From assembly GCA_025920425.1 (NCBI GenBank), contig JAPDLS010000001.1, positions 1,754 to 65,753 on the forward strand: DNA of 64,000 bases. The letters run 5' to 3'. How positions within the stretch are numbered: position 1 is the stretch's first letter; every line of letters begins with the position of its first letter. The DNA is from Candidatus Haiyanarchaeum thermophilum. Lineage in GTDB: Archaea; Nanobdellota; Nanobdellia; JAPDLS01; Haiyanarchaeaceae. The notes under the pieces were generated by a model. The model searched no databases and was not told the DNA's origin. It saw nothing but the letters and a program-made list of their open reading frames with translations. Positions 57,691-64,000 of the stretch are shown here, piece after piece. Position numbers and translations under genes: made by a program.

Positions 57691-58152
57691 ATGAATAAGA
57701 GAGGGATAATTGATGTAATTACTTTAGTTTTGCTAGTGGTTATCGCTATTGCTGCCGTAGCTGCTGTTTGGATGTGGATGTCAGGATTCCTCCCAGGGAT
57801 TCTACCGACTACTAGGGTTGCACCTGAGCCAATTTCAATAGCCTCCTATACATGTGATGCTACTCCACCTGCTGGCTCAGAAGAAATAACGGTTTCTGTG
57901 AGAAATGTCGGTAGCAGAGCTATTCCTGCAGGTACTTGGTCAGTATCAATTAGCAGACTAAATCCCACTACAGGTAATTGGGAAGGTCCAATTTGTACAT
58001 ATAACTATGCTGCAGCTAATCCTCTTAACCCAGGAGCAGTAGAAGGCCCAATCCAAGTAAGTTGCTCAATTAGCGCGGGTGATGAACTTTCCATCACAGT
58101 AAGTTCTCCCCAAGGGTCTACAATTTCCGCAAGTTGTAGAGCGGCTGCATAA
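57691..58152 (+). CDS. Type IV pilin (probable major pilin)
   Basis: Class III signal MNKRG|IIDVITLVLLVVIAIAA; four Cys in the globular domain. Confidence 0.85.
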   Translation: MNKRGIIDVITLVLLVVIAIAAVAAVWMWMSGFLPGILPTTRVAPEPISIASYTCDATPPAGSEEITVSVRNVGSRAIPAGTWSVSISRLNPTTGNWEGPICTYNYAAANPLNPGAVEGPIQVSCSISAGDELSITVSSPQGSTISASCRAAA

Positions 58153-58184
58153 GTTTTTTATTCTGCCATTTATTCCTTTATTCA

Positions 58185-58805
58185 ATGAATAGAGGAATTT
58201 CTGTGATTGTTAGCACTCTACTCATCTTTGCCATGGCCATATCTTTTGTAATTGTAGCCTATCTCTGGGGACTTCCTATTCTTCAAAAAAGTGCTGATCA
58301 GAGCAAGTATTCAGTAAGCCTTAATAAAATGGTTGAGATCAGAGAAAGGATTGAGAGGATACCAATTGTAGGAAGTGATGAGATAGAAATTTCTTTAGAT
58401 TCTGGAGATTCAGTTTCAATTTATTATGATGGGAGAATTGGGAAGAGTATTCTTCTTTTCAAGATAAGGGTAGGCAGCCAGCTTATTCCAAGTGTTTGGG
58501 TGCCTCTTGGAGGTTACTTTGAACTACCCTATAATCCGAGTGCTCCAGAGCAAGAGATTGTAGGAACGTATGGAGTAGATAAGTATGGTGTACTTATTGG
58601 AAAGAATTATGGAGATTCGATAGAAATGAAGTTGATCCTCAGATCCCTGAAAGATGAATATCATAGATATCACAATCTCAATTTGAGTTGTCAATACCCA
58701 TGCATGGCTGGCTCACCAGGAATTCACAAATTGATCTTGAGGAAGGGAGAAGAAATTATAAATGCCACACACACTGTAATAAATATAAAAGCATGGTTTG
58801 GTTGA
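58185..58805 (+). CDS. Type IV pilin-like protein (minor)
   Basis: Class III signal MNRG|ISVIVSTLLIFAMAI. Confidence 0.8.
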   Translation: MNRGISVIVSTLLIFAMAISFVIVAYLWGLPILQKSADQSKYSVSLNKMVEIRERIERIPIVGSDEIEISLDSGDSVSIYYDGRIGKSILLFKIRVGSQLIPSVWVPLGGYFELPYNPSAPEQEIVGTYGVDKYGVLIGKNYGDSIEMKLILRSLKDEYHRYHNLNLSCQYPCMAGSPGIHKLILRKGEEIINATHTVINIKAWFG

Positions 58806-60600
58806 AATGCCGAGGAGATTTATAACCAGACTGGGTAAGAAACTAGCTGAGGCCAGCCGTAGGTTGACCATTGAAAAATTTGAGGGGTTGCCAACTCCTC
58901 CAATAACGCTCCTCCCTCAACTTCAGCTTCCATCCCTGCCCTTAATTCTTCCCAAATACCCAAAGGAGAAGGAGAAGAAGGAAGAGAGGGAGGAATCTAC
59001 CAAATTGAGGGAAATAAAGGAAAAGTATGAACCTGTGGATATAAGCGATATAGAAAAAGAGGTAAAAGGGGAGGAAGCGATTTCGGTCAGGATTCTGGAA
59101 AAACTCGAGTCAATAAATGAGATCCATCCCCTTATCAGCATTAAAATGGGAGATAGGGAAGTTCTAATGGCTTTTGCAAACATTAGATGGGATCCTGAGA
59201 GCAGATCTATAGTATATTACGTGATCGAGCCTGAGTTAACTCCAGTGGAGACAAAGATCTTTGGTGAAGTCAAGGAATTGCTAAGGAAAAAGCTAGATAT
59301 AGACCTTACCAAAGCTGAGACAAGTGCTGCTTATACTTACTTGATGAATAAGATGGAGAAGATCATCGGTGAGCTGGGTTTGAAGCTTACTGAGGAACAA
59401 CTCCTAAAATTCAGATACTATGTTTACAGAGATTTCTTAGGATTGGAGAGGATAGAGCCACTCATGCACGATCCAAATATAGAAGATATCTCTTGCAATG
59501 GAGTAGGAATGCCAATCTTCGTTTACCATAGAAATCCGTTGTTTGGAGAGATAAGGACAAATGTAGTATATGCGGATAGAGAAGAATTGGACAATTTCGT
59601 GCTGAAACTTGCTCAGAAGTGTGGAAAGAATTTGACTGTAGCTGAACCTCTCCTAGACGGCTCCCTTCCGGATGGATCTAGGGTACAAGCTACGTTAGGG
59701 AGCGATATAGCTAGGAGGGGAAGCAACTTTACTATAAGAAAGTTCACTGAGAGACCATTGATTCCTGTTGATTTGATAAACTTCGGCACAGCTAATGCTG
59801 AGATCTTCGCATACCTGTGGCTTTTAATAGAGAATGGGCTTAGCATCCTTGTAGCAGGCCCCACTGCCTCAGGGAAAACCACTTTCTTAAACTGTCTTTC
59901 CCTTCTGATAAGGCCTGAAGCCAAAATAGTGTCCATCGAAGATACGCCTGAGCTGAGATTACCTCATCCAAACTGGGTACCTCAAGTAGCCAGAACTGTA
60001 ATAGAGATGGGGAGATATGGGGAAGTAACTATGTTCGACCTGCTGAGAAGTGCTATAAGACAGAGGCCTGATTATCTAATAGTGGGAGAGGTGAGGGGAA
60101 AAGAGGCGTATGTGATGTTCCAGGCAATGGCTACTGGACATGCATGCTTGGGCACAATTCACGCAGATTCAATGGAGGCAGTAATAGAAAGGTTGACCAC
60201 GAAGCCAATAGATCTTCCTCTATCCATCTTGGAGAGTTTAGATGTAATAGTATTTCTTACCAATGTGAGAAGGGAAGGAAGATATGTGAGGAGAGTGGGG
60301 GAAATAGACGAAATAGTTGGTTACGACTTCAAACGTAAGGAGCTGATAAGGAATGTGGTGATGAGGTGGGATGCAGAGCAGGATAGATTTATCTTCTTCA
60401 AGAGCATAATTCTTGATAAGATAAGGGAGAAGATGGGTTACAGCATAGAGAGCTTAAAGGCCGAGTTGAGGAGGAGGGTAAAGGTGATCAGATGGGTAAG
60501 GGAAAAAGGGATTAATGATTATAGAGAGTTCTCTAAGATCATAAGCCTTTACTACCTGAATCCCGATGAGGTGGAGAGGATGATGATAGAGGGAAGTTAA
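58798..60600 (+). CDS. Type IV pilus assembly ATPase (VirB11/TadA/FlaI family)
   Basis: DPNIEDISCNG, LPDGSRV, FTIRKF, GPTASGKTT, RQRPDYLIVGEVRG, TGHA. Confidence 0.95.
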   Translation: MVEMPRRFITRLGKKLAEASRRLTIEKFEGLPTPPITLLPQLQLPSLPLILPKYPKEKEKKEEREESTKLREIKEKYEPVDISDIEKEVKGEEAISVRILEKLESINEIHPLISIKMGDREVLMAFANIRWDPESRSIVYYVIEPELTPVETKIFGEVKELLRKKLDIDLTKAETSAAYTYLMNKMEKIIGELGLKLTEEQLLKFRYYVYRDFLGLERIEPLMHDPNIEDISCNGVGMPIFVYHRNPLFGEIRTNVVYADREELDNFVLKLAQKCGKNLTVAEPLLDGSLPDGSRVQATLGSDIARRGSNFTIRKFTERPLIPVDLINFGTANAEIFAYLWLLIENGLSILVAGPTASGKTTFLNCLSLLIRPEAKIVSIEDTPELRLPHPNWVPQVARTVIEMGRYGEVTMFDLLRSAIRQRPDYLIVGEVRGKEAYVMFQAMATGHACLGTIHADSMEAVIERLTTKPIDLPLSILESLDVIVFLTNVRREGRYVRRVGEIDEIVGYDFKRKELIRNVVMRWDAEQDRFIFFKSIILDKIREKMGYSIESLKAELRRRVKVIRWVREKGINDYREFSKIISLYYLNPDEVERMMIEGS

Positions 60601-61469
60601 TGATAACCTATGCTGAGTTTGCCTTTAGGAATTTTAGGAATTTAACCAAGAGATATGTGTCAATAGCTAAGGAATTAGGCGTATATCTAAAAAAAGCTGA
60701 TCTCAAGTATACATTGGAGGAGTATCTCTCCATACTATTCATGAACGCTCTTTTAGTCTTCATAGGTACTGCCATTCCAATTTTCATCCTTTCTTTCCTC
60801 ATAACTTCAAATATAGCAATTACAATTCTTCTGACTATTATTTTCCCAACGATAGCAGCTGCAGTCACAGGAATTTTCACTTATATGTATCCGATCCTCG
60901 TCACCAACAGCAGAAGAGCAAAAATCGATAATCTCATGCCATTTGCCTTAAATTATATGACTACAATTGCTGCCAGTGGAGCATATCCGATTTTTATCTT
61001 CGAGGCTCTTTCAGAACTCAAGGAATTCGGAGAAATTTCTAGGATCTCCTCAAAAATCGTCTCAAATGTTAAGGTTTTCGGTTTAGATATAGTGAGCGCT
61101 ATTTCCAGAGTCATTCCAGAGGTACCATCAGAAACATTTCAGGAAATACTCTTCGGAATGCAGGCTACAGTTTCAGCTGGAGCAGACCTAAAGATTTATT
61201 TAAGTGAAAAGGCTAGGGCCTCGATAACTGAATACAGAAGGAAACTAGATGAATTCAATAGGACCATGGCGATGATTCTCCAGATGTACATCACTCTCGT
61301 TATCGTGGGAATTGTTTTCGCAATTGTTCTAACCACTATTTTGGGCCTTATTGGAGGAAGCTTCGAGTTCATCAAGATAATCCAATATCTCCTCATAATC
61401 TTTGGACTCCCGCTAGGAGCAGTCATATATATAAGTGTTGTGAGAGCTATTTCCCCTATGGAGATGTAA
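60600..61469 (+). CDS. Type IV pilus platform protein (TadC/FlaJ family) 1
   Basis: T2SSF-like: IDNLMPFALNYMTTIAASG; multiple TM helices. Confidence 0.88.
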   Translation: MITYAEFAFRNFRNLTKRYVSIAKELGVYLKKADLKYTLEEYLSILFMNALLVFIGTAIPIFILSFLITSNIAITILLTIIFPTIAAAVTGIFTYMYPILVTNSRRAKIDNLMPFALNYMTTIAASGAYPIFIFEALSELKEFGEISRISSKIVSNVKVFGLDIVSAISRVIPEVPSETFQEILFGMQATVSAGADLKIYLSEKARASITEYRRKLDEFNRTMAMILQMYITLVIVGIVFAIVLTTILGLIGGSFEFIKIIQYLLIIFGLPLGAVIYISVVRAISPMEM

Positions 61470-61470
61470 G

Positions 61471-62631
61471 ATGAAAGTTACACTCGGTAAAAGAGAGATC
61501 TCGGCCCTCTCTATCCTTATATCCATAATTTTCTTCATCATTTCACTCTTCATTTTCGGGATTTCTCTCTCCAAACTCATTATTCTCATCACCATTTCTA
61601 GCGTGATAGCCATTCTACCTAGTTTCTTCTATACCTATCTTACATCAAAAAAGATCAGGGGGATGGAGGAAAGATTCCCAGACTTCCTTAGAGATATCTT
61701 AAGCGGAGTAAAGGCTGGAATGACACTGCCTAAAGCCATTATGCATTGCGCTAACATAGATTACGGTCCGCTTACTCCTGAAGTGAGAAAAATGGCAACA
61801 CAGTTGAGTTGGGATGTACCATTTCCGAAGGTGATAAAAAGTTTCGCAGAAGGAGTGAAAGATAGTCCATTTCTCCTCAGGGGAGCTACTGTATTGCTTG
61901 AGTGCTCTAGGAGTGGTGGAGACATAGCCGCTGTAATCGAGTCCACTATCGAGAATATGACCATAATTAAGAGGATAGAAAGTGAGAGAAGCTCAATCAT
62001 TTCCCAGCAAGTGCTTACTCTGATTATCATTCAATTCGTTTTCATAGTGATCTTGGTGATGGTATATAAATTATTCTTACCATTGCTGAGCTCTTTTTAC
62101 TCTCTGAAAGGTGCTCAAACAGCTCTACTGCCAATAGCGGTGATTAATCCTGCAGAAGCAGTAGACCATTTCAAGACACTATTCCTCATAACCCTTATAG
62201 TTTCAGCCCTTGTAAATGGAATAATCATTGGAAAGACGAAGGAAGGAAAAGCTCTGATGGGAATGAAATATTCTATATTTCTCTTGATAGTTTCATTAAT
62301 AGCTTATGCCCTTTTCATCATGCCAAGAAGTGTGGAAGTAAAATGTGAATTGCCTACAGGCATAATTAGTAGTGGACAGGAGGTAGAAATTACTTGTCAA
62401 CTCCTAGTAGATGTATCTCCCATCAAAGGAGTACTACTCAATTTGTCTCTAGAACATCCTGAGTGGAGTAAAACCATAACTGTGGTTACCGACTCAGAGG
62501 GTAAGTTTAAGGGGAAGTTCAAAATTCCTACGATTAGAGGCAATCTCACTATTGGAGTAAGTGGAAGTTATACTACTGGGCTGGGAGAAAGTATACAAAT
62601 CGATGAAAGAATAGGTGTGGAAGTTGCGTAG
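61471..62631 (+). CDS. Type IV pilus platform protein (TadC family) 2 with C-terminal Ig-like extension
   Basis: EERFPDFLRDILSGVKAGM, SGGDI; extra ~100-aa beta-rich tail after the last TM. Confidence 0.85.
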   Translation: MKVTLGKREISALSILISIIFFIISLFIFGISLSKLIILITISSVIAILPSFFYTYLTSKKIRGMEERFPDFLRDILSGVKAGMTLPKAIMHCANIDYGPLTPEVRKMATQLSWDVPFPKVIKSFAEGVKDSPFLLRGATVLLECSRSGGDIAAVIESTIENMTIIKRIESERSSIISQQVLTLIIIQFVFIVILVMVYKLFLPLLSSFYSLKGAQTALLPIAVINPAEAVDHFKTLFLITLIVSALVNGIIIGKTKEGKALMGMKYSIFLLIVSLIAYALFIMPRSVEVKCELPTGIISSGQEVEITCQLLVDVSPIKGVLLNLSLEHPEWSKTITVVTDSEGKFKGKFKIPTIRGNLTIGVSGSYTTGLGESIQIDERIGVEVA

Positions 62632-63382
62632 GGGCCAAATAGTAGATGTGGATCTAATACTCAGTTCATTCGTATTTTTTTTATTCCTTACAGTAATGCT
62701 CCAGATCTTCAATTCCACACTTCCAACTATTTCCAACTTTCTTTTATCGGAAAGTAGAGAAAAGGAAATACTCATCTTTAGCTCCAAGTATTTGAAAACT
62801 GAGCTTACCATCCAGCAAATCAACGAGCTCCTCACAGTAGCATTTCCAAATACTCGATTGGAAGTGGAATTCAAGCTCTTGGGATTTGAGATGCCATACC
62901 AAGATGAGGATCTTGAGCTCTTCGGTAAGTATCTCTATCTTCATAGGAAAGGATATGAAATTGTGGTGGAACTCTCTACTAATGATCAGGAATTTTGGAC
63001 CAATTTTTCCCTAGAAATTCCGTCCCACATAGAATTTGCTGTAAGTTTAGAGAACTTTGAGGATGGAGTAGACCAAATAAGGGAAGGGATTAAAATTTAT
63101 GGGGCCAACCTTGTGGAAGTAAACTTACTTGCTAGGAGGAATCTGAAGAAAATAATCAGGATAATCTGCCTCACTAACACCTCATTCTTAGTTAAAATCG
63201 CTCAATTCAGTAGCAACTTTGAGGATTTGAATTTCATCGTGGGAAAATTAAGATATTATTATCATCTCGGCTATAGGGGTGGAATATATGAACGATACTA
63301 TTTGCTCAGACATTACTCTATGCTCCACGAAGATAACCTGAGCTTCCCAATTGAGTTGAATGTAAGGTTGTGGTACATATGA
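62615..63382 (+). CDS. Class III signal peptide (pilin-like) protein
   Basis: MWKLRRG|QIVDVDLILSSFVFFLFL. Confidence 0.75.
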   Translation: MWKLRRGQIVDVDLILSSFVFFLFLTVMLQIFNSTLPTISNFLLSESREKEILIFSSKYLKTELTIQQINELLTVAFPNTRLEVEFKLLGFEMPYQDEDLELFGKYLYLHRKGYEIVVELSTNDQEFWTNFSLEIPSHIEFAVSLENFEDGVDQIREGIKIYGANLVEVNLLARRNLKKIIRIICLTNTSFLVKIAQFSSNFEDLNFIVGKLRYYYHLGYRGGIYERYYLLRHYSMLHEDNLSFPIELNVRLWYI

Positions 63383-64000
63383 GAGGATTCGTTAAGATGG
63401 TGGAGGTAACAATTAGTATGATTGTGCTCTTATTCATATTCTTCCAGATGATAGTACCTATAATGCAACAACAGTCTAGAGAGGATTTAATTTTTATTCA
63501 AACGCTCTGCAGCTATTTAAAGACAGTTTCACAAACTCAGGCAATGAAAGAGGTATACAGAAACTATGGTTTCTCCCAACTGGACTTCATGTTTTCCAAA
63601 TTGGCTGAAGTGGCGAATCTTCAACTGGAGCTTGAGTATACTCTCTATAATGTGATGATCATCAATCCCACAAATATTACCTTAGAAGACGAGCTAGCAG
63701 CTTTCACTTACCATTTTCCTAGGGGAATAAATAAGAATTCAATAAGGGTAGGAGATTCGGAATTTGGAGATTTTCAATTGTGGGTAGGGGATAATTGGTT
63801 TAGGATTCCAATTACCATCCAGACATCTGAAGAGTGGGAGGAACTCAATTTGACTCTCGATAACCTTTTCCTCACAACATTTGGAAATGGGGAGATAAAT
63901 AATAGGTCTATCCAATTTTATTTGGGCGGAGAAAAGATGAGGGTAGAAGTGAGAGATTTTATTTCTCAAGCTGGGGGTACATCAGCCATAGTAAATCTTA
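63379..64000 (+). CDS. Class III signal peptide (pilin-like) protein, partial (open at right edge; not in ORF track)
   Basis: MRG|FVKMVEVTISMIVLLFIFFQ; no stop up to base 64000; ATG overlaps the upstream TGA. Confidence 0.8.
   Translation, partial: MRGFVKMVEVTISMIVLLFIFFQMIVPIMQQQSREDLIFIQTLCSYLKTVSQTQAMKEVYRNYGFSQLDFMFSKLAEVANLQLELEYTLYNVMIINPTNITLEDELAAFTYHFPRGINKNSIRVGDSEFGDFQLWVGDNWFRIPITIQTSEEWEELNLTLDNLFLTTFGNGEINNRSIQFYLGGEKMRVEVRDFISQAGGTSAIVNL

Noticed and set aside
57691-58152. Archaellin / archaellum operon
   Set aside because: No arlH, arlF or arlG; two TadC-type genes and the Cys-containing short head fit a type IV pilus better.
1-64000. CRISPR array, IS elements or prophage genes
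   Set aside because: No regularly spaced nucleotide repeats and no cas, transposase or capsid motifs seen. The giant-gene repeats exist only at protein level.

Overview
Gene-dense archaeal window. The lineage is inferred to be DPANN-like from a stand-alone 23S rRNA gene, compact overlapping genes, an archaeal histone, Nop5/fibrillarin and MinD. Left third (1-23204) is a cell-surface cluster. It contains a single minus-strand ORF of at least 4,911 codons that is absent from the ORF track (start 14734, still open at base 1) and carries nine ~320-aa Cys-containing Ig-like repeats. It also has minD, three Ig + coiled-coil + TM stalk proteins and two copies of a two-gene module (WxL/TasA-like secreted subunit plus membrane-anchored partner). 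The adjacent tRNA-Arg(CCU) has a 61-nt intron that reads as a complete box C/D guide RNA with two 12-nt guides. The middle and right hold housekeeping and anaerobic-metabolism genes: rbr, thrS, porGDAB, tmk, acs, nfo, Sec61beta, HDAC, two radical SAM genes, AOR, FBP aldolase/phosphatase, argS, htpX, gdh, trxB, sec11, rpoL, nop5 and fibrillarin. RNA genes there are 23S rRNA, an RNase P RNA whose P4 helix lacks the conserved bulged U, and three more tRNAs. A type IV pilus cluster runs off the right edge. All calls come from manual reading and motif recognition; no searches were run.
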